From the NCBI RefSeq assembly GCF_048403405.1, contig NZ_CP183129.1: DNA of 64,000 nucleotides; one strand, written 5' to 3'. Shown here piece after piece: positions 24,142 through 34,094 of this stretch (positions are counted from its first letter, which is position 1; every line of letters starts with the position of its first letter). Both the position numbers and the translations under genes were made by a program. The notes below the pieces were generated by a model, which ran no database searches, was not told the DNA's origin, and saw nothing but the letters and a program-made list of their open reading frames with translations. This stretch comes from Escherichia coli. Lineage in GTDB: Bacteria > Pseudomonadota > Gammaproteobacteria > Enterobacterales > Enterobacteriaceae.

Positions 24142-25212
24142 ATGAAAAAATTGATCAATGATGTGCAAGACGTACTGGACGAACAACTGGCAGGACTAGC
24201 GAAAGCGCATCCATCGCTGATACTGCACCAGGATCCGGTGTATGTCACCCGAGCTGATGCCCCCGTTGCAGGTAAAGTCGCCCTGCTGTCGGGTGGCGGC
24301 AGCGGACACGAGCCGATGCATTGTGGTTATATCGGTCAGGGGATGCTTTCGGGGGCCTGTCCGGGCGAAATTTTCACCTCACCGACGCCCGATAAAATCT
24401 TTGAATGCGCCATGCAAATTGATGGCGGCGAAGGTGTACTGTTGATTATCAAAAATTACACCGGCGATATTCTTAACTTCGAAACAGCAACCGAGTTACT
24501 GCACGATAGCGGCGTAAAAGTGACCACTGTGGTCATTGATGACGACGTTGCAGTAAAAGACAGTCTTTATACCGCCGGGCGGCGCGGCGTTGCCATCACC
24601 GTATTAATTGAAAAACTCGTAGGCGCAGCGGCGGAGCGTGGCGACTCACTGGACGCCTGTGCGGAACTGGGGCGTAAGTTGAATAATCAAGGCCACTCAA
24701 TAGGTATTGCTCTCGGTGCCTGTACCGTTCCTGCCGCGGGCAAACCTTCTTTTACCCTGGCGGACAATGAGATGGAGTTTGGCGTCGGCATTCATGGTGA
24801 GCCAGGTATTGACCGCCGTCCCTTCTCTTCCCTTGATCAAACCGTCGATGAAATGTTCGACACCCTGCTGGAAAATGGCTCATACCATCGCACTTTGCGT
24901 TTCTGGGATTATCAACAAGGCAGCTGGCAGGAAGAACCACAAACCAAACAACCGCTCCAGTCTGGCGATCGGGTGATTGCGCTGGTTAACAATCTTGGCG
25001 CAACTCCGCTTTCTGAGCTATACGGCGTCTATAACCGCCTGACCACACGTTGCCAACAAGCGGGATTGACTATCGAGCGTAATTTAATTGGCGCGTACTG
25101 TACCTCACTGGATATGACCGGTTTCTCAATCACCTTACTGAAAGTTGATGACGAAACGCTGGCACTCTGGGACGCCCCGGTCCACACCCCGGCCCTTAAC
25201 TGGGGTAAATAA
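24142..25212 (+). CDS. dhaK: PTS-dependent dihydroxyacetone kinase, DHA-binding subunit
   Basis: Trimmed to the ATG at 24142 (MKKLINDVQDVLDEQLAGLAKAHP...), giving 356 aa. Confidence 0.95.
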   Translation: MKKLINDVQDVLDEQLAGLAKAHPSLILHQDPVYVTRADAPVAGKVALLSGGGSGHEPMHCGYIGQGMLSGACPGEIFTSPTPDKIFECAMQIDGGEGVLLIIKNYTGDILNFETATELLHDSGVKVTTVVIDDDVAVKDSLYTAGRRGVAITVLIEKLVGAAAERGDSLDACAELGRKLNNQGHSIGIALGACTVPAAGKPSFTLADNEMEFGVGIHGEPGIDRRPFSSLDQTVDEMFDTLLENGSYHRTLRFWDYQQGSWQEEPQTKQPLQSGDRVIALVNNLGATPLSELYGVYNRLTTRCQQAGLTIERNLIGAYCTSLDMTGFSITLLKVDDETLALWDAPVHTPALNWGK

Positions 25213-25222
25213 GGAGAAAGCA

Positions 25223-25855
25223 ATGTCACTGAGCAGAACTCAAATTGTTAACTGGCTCACTCGTTGTGGCGATATTTTCAACACCGAGAGCGAGTATCTT
25301 ACCGGACTGGATCGCGAAATTGGCGACGCTGACCACGGGCTAAATATGAACCGAGGCTTTAGCAAAGTGGTGGAAAAACTCCCTGCTATCGCAGATAAAG
25401 ATATCGGTTTCATTCTCAAGAATACCGGTATGACGCTACTTTCCAGCGTCGGTGGTGCCAGTGGTCCGCTTTTCGGTACCTTCTTTATCCGCGCCGCACA
25501 GGCGACCCAGGCACGGCAAAGCCTGACGCTGGAAGAGCTTTATCAGATGTTCCGCGATGGCGCGGACGGCGTAATCAGTCGCGGTAAAGCCGAACCTGGC
25601 GATAAAACCATGTGTGATGTGTGGGTGCCGGTGGTGGAATCGTTACGTCAGTCCAGCGAGCAAAATCTCTCTGTTCCGGCGGCGCTCGAAGCTGCCAGTA
25701 GCATCGCCGAGTCCGCTGCACAAAGTACGATTACGATGCAAGCCCGCAAAGGCCGCGCCAGTTATCTCGGTGAACGCAGTATTGGTCACCAGGACCCCGG
25801 TGCGACCTCGGTGATGTTTATGATGCAAATGTTGGCGTTAGCCGCAAAAGAGTAA
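25223..25855 (+). CDS. dhaL: PTS-dependent dihydroxyacetone kinase, ADP-binding subunit
   Basis: Trimmed to the ATG at 25223 (MSLSRTQIVNWLTRCGDIF...), giving 210 aa. RBS AAGGAG is upstream. Confidence 0.95.
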   Translation: MSLSRTQIVNWLTRCGDIFNTESEYLTGLDREIGDADHGLNMNRGFSKVVEKLPAIADKDIGFILKNTGMTLLSSVGGASGPLFGTFFIRAAQATQARQSLTLEELYQMFRDGADGVISRGKAEPGDKTMCDVWVPVVESLRQSSEQNLSVPAALEAASSIAESAAQSTITMQARKGRASYLGERSIGHQDPGATSVMFMMQMLALAAKE

Positions 25856-25865
25856 GGAATTGGTG

Positions 25866-27284
25866 ATGGTAAACCTGGTCATAGTTTCACATAGCAGCCG
25901 ACTGGGAGAAGGTGTCGGTGAACTAGCCCGTCAGATGTTAATGAGTGATAGTTGTAAAATCGCCATTGCCGCGGGAATTGACGATCCACAAAATCCCATT
26001 GGTACCGATGCCGTCAAAGTGATGGAGGCCATCGAATCTGTTGCCGATACCGACCATGTGCTGGTCATGATGGATATAGGAAGCGCATTATTGAGTGCTG
26101 AAACTGCGCTGGAATTGCTGGCTCCCGAGATCGCCGCAAAAGTACGTTTGTGTGCTGCGCCGTTGGTCGAAGGTACACTGGCAGCAACGGTCAGCGCGGC
26201 CTCGGGGGCGGAGATCGACAAAGTTATCTTTGACGCCATGCATGCGCTGGAAGCCAAACGTGAACAACTGGGTTTACCCTCCTCCAACACTGAAATCTCT
26301 GACACATGTCCTCCGTACGATGAAGAAGCCCGTTCTCTGGCGGTGGTCATAAAAAACCGTAACGGCCTGCATGTACGTCCGGCCTCCCGGCTGGTTTATA
26401 CCTTATCGACATTTAATGCCGATATGTTGCTGGAGAAAAACGGCAAATGCGTCACACCGGAGAGTATTAACCAGATTGCGTTACTACAAGTTCGCTATAA
26501 CGATACGCTGCGCCTGATTGCGAAAGGGCCAGAAGCTGAAGAGGCACTGATCGCTTTCCGTCAGCTGGCTGAAGATAACTTTGGTGAAACGGAGGAAGTT
26601 GCTCCACCTATTCTGCGTCCCGTTCCGCCTGTTTCGGGTAAAGCCTTTTATTATCAACCGGTTTTATGTACGGTACAGGCAAAATCAACCCTGACCGTGG
26701 ATGAAGAACAAGAACGATTACGCCAGGCCATTGACTTCACGTTATTAGATCTGATGACGTTAACAGCGAAAGCAGAAGCCAGCGGGCTTGACGATATTGC
26801 CGCAATCTTTTCTGGTCACCATACACTGTTAGATGATCCGGAACTGCTGGCGGCGGCAAGCGAACTCCTTCAGCATGAACATTGCACGGCAGAATATGCC
26901 TGGCAGCAAGTTCTTAAAGAACTTAGCCAGCAATACCAGCAACTGGATGATGAATATCTACAGGCTCGCTATATTGATGTGGACGATCTTCTGCATCGCA
27001 CCCTGGTCCACCTGACCCAAACGAAAGAAGAACTCCCGCAGTTTAACTCGCCAACTATTCTACTGGCGGAGAACATCTATCCCTCCACAATACTGCAACT
27101 GGATCCGGCGGTTGTAAAAGGTATCTGCCTTAGCGCCGGAAGTCCGCTATCCCACAGCGCCCTGATCGCCCGTGAACTGGGGATTGGCTGGATTTGCCAG
27201 CAGGGTGAGAAACTGTATGCGATACAACCAGAAGAAACGCTAACGCTGGACGTTAAAACGCAACGTTTCAGCCGTCAGGGTTAA
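25866..27284 (+). CDS. dhaM: PTS-dependent dihydroxyacetone kinase, phosphotransferase subunit (EIIA-HPr-EI fusion)
   Basis: Trimmed to the ATG at 25866 (MVNLVIVSHSSRLGEGVGELA...), giving 472 aa. Confidence 0.93.
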   Translation: MVNLVIVSHSSRLGEGVGELARQMLMSDSCKIAIAAGIDDPQNPIGTDAVKVMEAIESVADTDHVLVMMDIGSALLSAETALELLAPEIAAKVRLCAAPLVEGTLAATVSAASGAEIDKVIFDAMHALEAKREQLGLPSSNTEISDTCPPYDEEARSLAVVIKNRNGLHVRPASRLVYTLSTFNADMLLEKNGKCVTPESINQIALLQVRYNDTLRLIAKGPEAEEALIAFRQLAEDNFGETEEVAPPILRPVPPVSGKAFYYQPVLCTVQAKSTLTVDEEQERLRQAIDFTLLDLMTLTAKAEASGLDDIAAIFSGHHTLLDDPELLAAASELLQHEHCTAEYAWQQVLKELSQQYQQLDDEYLQARYIDVDDLLHRTLVHLTQTKEELPQFNSPTILLAENIYPSTILQLDPAVVKGICLSAGSPLSHSALIARELGIGWICQQGEKLYAIQPEETLTLDVKTQRFSRQG

Positions 27285-27293
27285 ACCACCGTT

Positions 27294-27327
27294 CGGATGG
27301 CATCGTTCTGATGCCATCCGGCTATTT
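27294..27327 (+). terminator. dhaM terminator hairpin
   Basis: CGGATGGCATC-gttct-GATGCCATCCG followed by gctattt. Confidence 0.6.
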
Positions 27328-27604
27328 ACTCTGCACGGATGATTTTTAACTACCTGTTATATTTTTCACCAAATCATGATGATTTTTTCTGCGCTAATCG
27401 CGAACCCAACGCCGCTGGCTGGCTAACAAACAGACGTTATTTGATCACTCTATTTCGCCGTTATTTATCCCTTTAATTCCCTTTTCTAAAATGCCTGACC
27501 GTTCGCAGAATGAGATTTCGATCATGCAGCTAGTGCGATCCTGAACTAAGGTTTTCTGATACTTGAATACCGTTTTATTCGGTTTCGCCAAAGGAGAATG
27601 ATTG

Positions 27605-29302
27605 ATGAAATCCCCCGCAGCTTCTCGCCCGCTAAAAATGGCGTTAATTCCAGCCTGCATTTTTTTGTGTTTCGCTGCGCTATCGGTGCAGGCAGAAGAA
27701 ACACCGGTAACGCCACAGCCGCCTGATATTTTATTAGGGCCGCTGTTTAATGATGTGCAAAACGCCAAACTTTTTCCGGACCAAAAAACCTTTGCCGATG
27801 CCGTGCCGAACAGCGATCCGCTGATGATCCTTGCTGATTATCGGATGCAGCAAAACCAGAGCGGATTTGATCTGCGCCATTTCGTTAACGTCAATTTCAC
27901 CCTGCCGAAAGAGGGCGAGAAATATGTTCCGCCAGAGGGGCAATCACTACGCGAACATATTGACGGACTTTGGCCGGTATTAACGCGTTCTACCGAAAAT
28001 ACCGAAAAATGGGATTCTCTGTTACCGCTGCCGGAACCTTATGTCGTGCCGGGCGGACGTTTTCGCGAGGTATATTACTGGGACAGTTACTTCACCATGT
28101 TAGGACTTGCCGAAAGCGGTCACTGGGATAAAGTCGCGGATATGGTGGCCAATTTTGCTCATGAAATAGACACTTACGGTCATATTCCCAACGGCAACCG
28201 CAGTTACTATTTAAGTCGCTCGCAGCCGCCCTTCTTTGCCCTGATGGTAGAGTTACTGGCGCAGCATGAAGGTGATGCCGCGTTGAAGCAATACCTGCCG
28301 CAAATGCAAAAAGAATATGCTTACTGGATGGACGGTGTTGAAAACCTGCAAGCCGGACAACAGGAAAAACGCGTTGTAAAACTTCAGGATGGTACCCTTC
28401 TCAACCGCTACTGGGACGATCGCGATACGCCACGACCAGAGTCATGGGTGGAAGATATTGCCACCGCCAAAAGCAATCCGAATCGACCTGCCACTGAAAT
28501 TTACCGCGACCTGCGCTCTGCCGCTGCGTCTGGCTGGGATTTCAGCTCGCGCTGGATGGACAACCCGCAGCAGTTAAATACCTTACGCACCACCAGCATC
28601 GTACCGGTCGATCTGAACAGCCTGATGTTTAAAATGGAAAAAATCCTCGCCCGCGCCAGCAAAGCTGCCGGAGATAACGCGATGGCAAACCAGTACGAAA
28701 CGCTGGCGAATGCCCGTCAAAAAGGGATCGAAAAATACCTGTGGAACGATCAACAAGGCTGGTATGCCGATTACGACCTGAAAAGTCATAAAGTGCGCAA
28801 TCAGTTAACCGCGGCCGCCCTGTTCCCGCTGTACGTCAATGCGGCAGCGAAAGATCGCGCCAGCAAAATGGCGACGGCGACGAAAACACATCTGCTGCAA
28901 CCAGGCGGCCTGAACACCACGTCGGTGAAAAGTGGGCAACAATGGGATGCGCCAAACGGCTGGGCACCGTTGCAGTGGGTCGCGACAGAAGGGTTACAAA
29001 ACTACGGGCAAAAAGAGGTGGCGATGGACATTAGCTGGCACTTCCTGACCAATGTTCAGCACACCTATGACCGGGAGAAAAAGCTGGTGGAAAAATATGA
29101 TGTCAGCACCACCGGAACAGGGGGCGGCGGTGGCGAATATCCATTACAGGATGGCTTTGGCTGGACCAATGGCGTGACGCTGAAAATGCTGGATTTGATC
29201 TGCCCGAAAGAGCAACCGTGTGACAATGTTCCGGCGACGCGTCCACTCAGTGAATCAACAACACAGCCGCTAAAACAAAAAGAGGCGGAACCTACGCCTT
29301 AA
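27605..29302 (+). CDS. treA: Periplasmic trehalase
   Basis: Trimmed to the ATG at 27605 ([30 protein letters not shown]...), giving 565 aa with a signal peptide. Confidence 0.95.
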   Translation: MKSPAASRPLKMALIPACIFLCFAALSVQAEETPVTPQPPDILLGPLFNDVQNAKLFPDQKTFADAVPNSDPLMILADYRMQQNQSGFDLRHFVNVNFTLPKEGEKYVPPEGQSLREHIDGLWPVLTRSTENTEKWDSLLPLPEPYVVPGGRFREVYYWDSYFTMLGLAESGHWDKVADMVANFAHEIDTYGHIPNGNRSYYLSRSQPPFFALMVELLAQHEGDAALKQYLPQMQKEYAYWMDGVENLQAGQQEKRVVKLQDGTLLNRYWDDRDTPRPESWVEDIATAKSNPNRPATEIYRDLRSAAASGWDFSSRWMDNPQQLNTLRTTSIVPVDLNSLMFKMEKILARASKAAGDNAMANQYETLANARQKGIEKYLWNDQQGWYADYDLKSHKVRNQLTAAALFPLYVNAAAKDRASKMATATKTHLLQPGGLNTTSVKSGQQWDAPNGWAPLQWVATEGLQNYGQKEVAMDISWHFLTNVQHTYDREKKLVEKYDVSTTGTGGGGGEYPLQDGFGWTNGVTLKMLDLICPKEQPCDNVPATRPLSESTTQPLKQKEAEPTP

Positions 29303-29316
29303 CTTTACTGTATATC

Positions 29317-29360
29317 GAGCAATGCCATTACGTGCATAAAATTGGCATTGCTCTTTCTTC
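29317..29360 (+). terminator. treA terminator
   Basis: GAGCAATGCCA-(15 nt)-TGGCATTGCTC followed by TTTCTTC. Confidence 0.6.
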
Positions 29361-29442
29361 ATCACGAAATACCAAATACCACTCTTTCTACGGTCTATGC
29401 CTTTATTTTCTTTTATTAGAGAAGATTTTAATTTTATTTTAT

Positions 29443-29461
29443 CAACTTGTTAATCATTACA
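29443..29461. promoter_or_regulatory. Fur-box-like sequence upstream of the ABC/TonB locus (weak)
   Basis: caacttgttaatcattaca matches 12 of 19 positions of the consensus GATAATGATAATCATTATC, with a contiguous core TAATCATTA. It lies about 180 bp upstream of the first gene. Confidence 0.3.
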
Positions 29462-29638
29462 CCTCTATTTATATTTTCCCCCACTCCCCATTCTCCCTGA
29501 CAATTTTCTTGTGGAACAAAGTGTTATTTAAGAAACAAGCAAATCATTCTGTCTCTTTAGACAAATTTTGACATCAAACATGATCTTTTTCGCTATATGT
29601 GTAAGTATATATCGGTTTTAATTATCAGGATATTACTT

Positions 29639-30661
29639 ATGTCACTAACCAGACGGAGGTTTACACAGATTCTTGCGTCGACATTGTTCCTGCATCATCT
29701 GCCGTCCTTTGCACTATCAGTCAAATTCTGGGCCTCACTGACGCTTCCCGAAGCCCAAAACATTACACGCATCGTCAGCGCAGGCGCGCCCGCCGATTTA
29801 CTATTGCTGGCTGTCGCGCCAGAAAAAATGGTCGGTTTTTCCTCTTTTGATTTTGCCCGTCAGGCATTAATTCCATTGCCAAAGCACATTCGCCAGTTCC
29901 CCAGGCTGGGACGACTCGCCGGGCGCGCCAGCACACTCTCGCTGGAAGGGCTTATGGCGTTACATCCCGATTTGGTCGTTGATTGCGGCAATACGGATGA
30001 AACCTGGATCTCCCAGGCACGGCAGGTTAGCGAACAGACACAAATACCCTGGTTATTGCTTAACGGGAAACTGGAACAATCAGCAGAACAGTTAACAACG
30101 CTTGGCAAAACGTTAGGCGAAGAGCACCGCACCGCAGAACAAGCCAATCTCGCCAGCCGCTTCGTTGGTGAAGCTCAGGCATTCGCCACCTCACCCGCCG
30201 CTAACCTCAGCTTTTATGCTGCGCGCGGTCCTCGAGGGCTGGAAACGGGCTTACAGGGTTCGTTGCATACCGAGGCGGCGGAATTATTAGGTTTGCACAA
30301 CGTCGCGCAAATAGCCGATCGCCACGGTCTGACACAGGTTTCCATGGAAAATCTCCTGCGCTGGCAGCCGGATATTATTCTGGTTCAGGAGGCCGTTACT
30401 GCAGATTTTATTCGTCGTGATCCTCTCTGGCAGGGCGTGAAAGCGGTTGCGGAACAACGCATCTTATTTTTAAGTGGCCTGCCCTTTGGCTGGCTGGATG
30501 CCCCGCCGGGAATCAACCGTCTTCTGGGATTACGCAGACTTCACGCCTGGCTGGATCCCGCCATCAATCGCCAGTTTAAAAGTGACATGCAGCATTACGC
30601 CCAACTGTTCTGGCATTGCCTATTAAGTGACGCCGACTATCAAAAATTGGTGGCGAGCTAA
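29639..30661 (+). CDS. Periplasmic substrate-binding protein of a type II (FecB/BtuF-class) ABC importer, with a Tat-like signal
   Basis: Trimmed to the ATG at 29639 (MSLTRRRFTQILASTLFLHHLPSFA), with RBS AGGA 8 nt upstream. It is the first gene of a tightly packed operon with a FecCD permease and an ATPase. Confidence 0.75.
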   Translation: MSLTRRRFTQILASTLFLHHLPSFALSVKFWASLTLPEAQNITRIVSAGAPADLLLLAVAPEKMVGFSSFDFARQALIPLPKHIRQFPRLGRLAGRASTLSLEGLMALHPDLVVDCGNTDETWISQARQVSEQTQIPWLLLNGKLEQSAEQLTTLGKTLGEEHRTAEQANLASRFVGEAQAFATSPAANLSFYAARGPRGLETGLQGSLHTEAAELLGLHNVAQIADRHGLTQVSMENLLRWQPDIILVQEAVTADFIRRDPLWQGVKAVAEQRILFLSGLPFGWLDAPPGINRLLGLRRLHAWLDPAINRQFKSDMQHYAQLFWHCLLSDADYQKLVAS

Positions 30662-31641
30662 TGAGAACCGTAAACGGATGTATTTTGCTGCTGGCAGCTA
30701 TCAGTATCACTTTTGCCGCCGTAAGTGGGGCTTATCATCTCGATATACAGCAACTGCTGGCGCTCATTCTTCGTCAAGAAAATGTTCCTGTGCAGGAACA
30801 AATTGTCTTCTGGCAAATCCGCGTGCCGCGTATTCTTGCTGCGCTGTTTCTGGGCGCGGCGCTGGCAGGGGCCGGAACCACCTATCAGGGAATGTTCCGT
30901 AATCCCTTAGTGTCACCGGATATTTTAGGCGTCTCCGCCGGTGCCGGACTTGGTGCCTGCGCGGCAATCCTGTGGGGATTATCCATTGTTTACATCCAGC
31001 TGTACGCATTTTGCGGCGGGCTGATGGTGGTCGCGGGCGTCTGGTTGATTACGCGTCGGGTGACCCGCCACGATCCGATCTTAACCCTGGTGCTGGTAGG
31101 CATTGCGTTAGGAACGTTGTGCGGAGCGGGGATATCGCTAATAAAAACGCTGGCCGATCCTTACACCCAGTTACCGTCAATTACCTTCTGGTTGCTGGGG
31201 GGGCTGTCCACCGTGACCTTACGCGATCTCTGCTATGCTGCACCGATCATTCTCATAGGCTCCTTGCCCCTGTTTTTTCTCCGCTGGCGTATGAATTTAC
31301 TCACGCTTTCCGACGACGAAGCCCGTTCGCTGGGACTGAACGTGACACGTCTGCGCTTTGGATTAATTGTCTGCGCCACACTAATCACCGCCAGCACGGT
31401 AGCAATAGCGGGCATAATTGGTTGGGTCGGCCTGGTCGTTCCGCACATTGCCCGCTTGTTGACCGGTCATAACCATCAGCAGCTGTTGCCCATGGCAATG
31501 TGTACTGGCGCGATTCTGCTCCTGCTTACCGATACGCTGGCACGCAGCATTGGAACAACAGAAATCCCACTTGGCATTCTGACCGCTTTTGTTGGTGCAC
31601 CGTTTTTCCTGTTTTTGTTGTTACGCGGAGGTCGCCAGTGA
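30661..31641 (+). CDS. FecCD/BtuC-family ABC permease
   Basis: 326-aa polytopic ORF. Its start overlaps the upstream stop. Typical FecCD C-terminal block ...EIPLGILTAFVGAPFFLFLLLRG. Confidence 0.85.
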   Translation: MRTVNGCILLLAAISITFAAVSGAYHLDIQQLLALILRQENVPVQEQIVFWQIRVPRILAALFLGAALAGAGTTYQGMFRNPLVSPDILGVSAGAGLGACAAILWGLSIVYIQLYAFCGGLMVVAGVWLITRRVTRHDPILTLVLVGIALGTLCGAGISLIKTLADPYTQLPSITFWLLGGLSTVTLRDLCYAAPIILIGSLPLFFLRWRMNLLTLSDDEARSLGLNVTRLRFGLIVCATLITASTVAIAGIIGWVGLVVPHIARLLTGHNHQQLLPMAMCTGAILLLLTDTLARSIGTTEIPLGILTAFVGAPFFLFLLLRGGRQ

Positions 31642-32396
31642 CTTTGCTTGCCGTCCGTCATGCGTCTCTGGGTTACTCCCGCCATCCGGTGCTACGCGAC
31701 GTGTCCTTCACCCTGTCGCAAGGAACAATTTGTTGTCTGTTAGGAGCCAATGGTTGCGGCAAAACCACACTCATGCGCTCCATTCTTGGCGTTATACCGT
31801 TATTAAAAGGCGAGATCTTACTGGATAGCCTCCCTGTGCAGACACTCAGCCATCGCCAGCGCGCGCAGGCTATTGCCTGGGTGCCGCAGGCGCACGACGG
31901 CATTTTTGCTTTTAGTGTGCTGGATATGGTGTTGATGGGCCTGGCCCCCACCATAGGCGCTTTTTCCGTTCCCGGTAAGCAAGAACGCCTGAAAGCAACG
32001 GAGCAACTGGAAAAGCTGGGCATTTTGCATCTGGCGACACGACGCTGGAATACACTTAGCGGCGGTGAACGTCAGCTGGCTTTAATCGCCCGTGCACTCG
32101 TCCAGCAACCGCGCTTGTTATTACTGGATGAGCCTGCCTCCAGCCTCGATTTCGGTCATCAGATCCAACTACTGGACACGCTGGCGCAGCTCAAAAATAA
32201 CGGCATGGCAATGCTAATGTCGACTCATCATCCGCTCCATGCCAACGCCATTGCCGACAGCATTATCCAGGTAGAGCCAGATGGACGAGTAACACAAGGC
32301 TTACCGACCGAACAGTTAACAACGAACAAACTGGCTGCCCTGTACCGGGTTTCTGCCGACCAGATTCATCATCACCTCTCTGCAATTAGCCACTAA
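31638..32396 (+). CDS. ABC transporter ATP-binding protein (FepC/BtuD class)
   Basis: The GTG at 31638 overlaps the permease stop (GTGA). Walker A GANGCGKTT, signature LSGGERQ, Walker B LLLLDEP. The upstream part of the track ORF (31500-) was rejected. Confidence 0.85.
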   Translation: MTLLAVRHASLGYSRHPVLRDVSFTLSQGTICCLLGANGCGKTTLMRSILGVIPLLKGEILLDSLPVQTLSHRQRAQAIAWVPQAHDGIFAFSVLDMVLMGLAPTIGAFSVPGKQERLKATEQLEKLGILHLATRRWNTLSGGERQLALIARALVQQPRLLLLDEPASSLDFGHQIQLLDTLAQLKNNGMAMLMSTHHPLHANAIADSIIQVEPDGRVTQGLPTEQLTTNKLAALYRVSADQIHHHLSAISH

Positions 32397-32405
32397 GGAA
32401 CAATC

Positions 32406-33218
32406 ATGCTCATTGATGATATTGATTTTGCGGACCTTTACCTGCAGCAACTCAAACTGGCCCACCGCACAGAAAAAACGCCGGCTCACTGGGATCAACG
32501 GGCGGAAAAAATGGCGGAAAATTGCGCCTCGCCTACGGACAGCTACCTGCAACAACTGACCTCAAAAATTGACCTGCAAGGCGCGCAAACCTTATTCGAT
32601 ATGGGCTGCGGACCGGGTACCGTATCGCTGGCGCTGGCGGCCAAACTCACGACGATTTATGGCGTTGATTACAGTCAGGGGATGCTGAACGTTGCCGCCC
32701 GTCGCGCCGCCGCGCTAAAGGCAGACAATGTCCACTGGATCCAGCGCGCCTGGGAAGAGGACTGGAGTGACCTGCCACGCTGCGATATTGCCGTGGCTTC
32801 CCGCTCCACTCTGGTGGCTGATATGCGCCAGGCAATGAGCAAACTGAATAATCAGGCACGGCTTCGCGTCTATACGACTCATCTGGTCAGCACCTCGTTC
32901 GTCTCTCCAGCCATTCAGCGGGCGGCTGGTCGGGAAGTGATCGAATTACCCAACTATATCTTTGCGCTCAACGTCCTGTATCAGATGGGAATTTATGCTC
33001 ACGTTGATTTTATCCGTGGACAAAATTGCCAACAGGATAACAGCACCTGGGAACGTTTTGAGCAGAACGTCAGCTGGAGTCTGGGCGCGCTTAACGACGA
33101 TGAGCGTGAGCGGTTATATCGCTGGTATCAACAACAAGATGCTCGTGCCCTCGCCCCTGCCAGCCGCGACTGGGCGCTCATCTGGTGGGATAGCGTACCG
33201 CAAGAGGCACTGCGATGA
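32406..33218 (+). CDS. Class I SAM-dependent methyltransferase
   Basis: 270 aa with motif I LFDMGCGPGTVSL and RBS AAGGAA upstream. Confidence 0.7.
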   Translation: MLIDDIDFADLYLQQLKLAHRTEKTPAHWDQRAEKMAENCASPTDSYLQQLTSKIDLQGAQTLFDMGCGPGTVSLALAAKLTTIYGVDYSQGMLNVAARRAAALKADNVHWIQRAWEEDWSDLPRCDIAVASRSTLVADMRQAMSKLNNQARLRVYTTHLVSTSFVSPAIQRAAGREVIELPNYIFALNVLYQMGIYAHVDFIRGQNCQQDNSTWERFEQNVSWSLGALNDDERERLYRWYQQQDARALAPASRDWALIWWDSVPQEALR

Positions 33219-34069
33219 TTTTCCTTTCTCAGGCACAAATCGATGCGTTACTTCTGGAAGATATCCAGGGCGGTGACCTGACCACGCGAGCATTAAATAT
33301 TGGACACCAGCATGGCTATATAGAGTTTTTTCTCCGTCAGGGCGGCTGCGTCAGCGGCATTTCTGTCGCGTGTAAGATGTTAACTACGCTGGGATTAACT
33401 ATTGATGACGCGGTCAGCGACGGTTCACAAGCGAACGCGGGTCAGCGGCTAATCCGTGCGCAAGGTAATGCCGCAGCACTTCATCAGGGATGGAAGGCAG
33501 TCCAGAATGTGCTGGAGTGGAGTTGCGGTGTTTCTGATTATCTCGCTCAAATGCTGGCGTTACTTCGTGAACGTTACCCTGATGGCAATATCGCCTGCAC
33601 CCGAAAAGCAATTCCGGGCACCCGCTTACTGGCCTCGCAGGCAATTCTGGCTGCCGGAGGACTGATTCATCGTGCCGGATGTGCGGAAACCATATTATTG
33701 TTTGCCAACCACCGCCATTTTCTTCATGACAATCAGGACTGGTCAGGCGCAATCAATCAGTTACGTCGCCACGCACCCGAGAAGAAAATAGTTGTTGAAG
33801 CCGACACGCCGAAAGAGGCAATCGCCGCGTTACGCGCGCAACCAGACGTACTTCAGCTCGACAAATTTAGTCCGCAACAGGCAACTGAAATTGCGCAAAT
33901 AGCACCGTCGCTGGATCCTCACTGCACGCTGGCTCTGACCGGTGGAATTAATCTGACAACTCTCAAAAATTACCTCGACTGCGGCATTCGCCTTTTTATT
34001 ACCTCCGCGCCTTATTACGCGACACCAGCTGACATTAAAGTCAGTCTGCAACCCGCAGCCTCTATTTAA
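33215..34069 (+). CDS. ModD-like protein (type II quinolinate/nicotinate phosphoribosyltransferase fold family)
   Basis: 284 aa with a 4-nt overlap with the methyltransferase gene. The N-terminus ...LLLEDIQGGDLTTRAL and C-terminus ...LTGGINLTTLKNYLDCGIRLFITSAPYYA are typical of ModD/NadC-like proteins, from memory. Confidence 0.6.
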   Translation: MIFLSQAQIDALLLEDIQGGDLTTRALNIGHQHGYIEFFLRQGGCVSGISVACKMLTTLGLTIDDAVSDGSQANAGQRLIRAQGNAAALHQGWKAVQNVLEWSCGVSDYLAQMLALLRERYPDGNIACTRKAIPGTRLLASQAILAAGGLIHRAGCAETILLFANHRHFLHDNQDWSGAINQLRRHAPEKKIVVEADTPKEAIAALRAQPDVLQLDKFSPQQATEIAQIAPSLDPHCTLALTGGINLTTLKNYLDCGIRLFITSAPYYATPADIKVSLQPAASI

Positions 34070-34094
34070 TTCTTTGTTAAACGGAATTTATTCT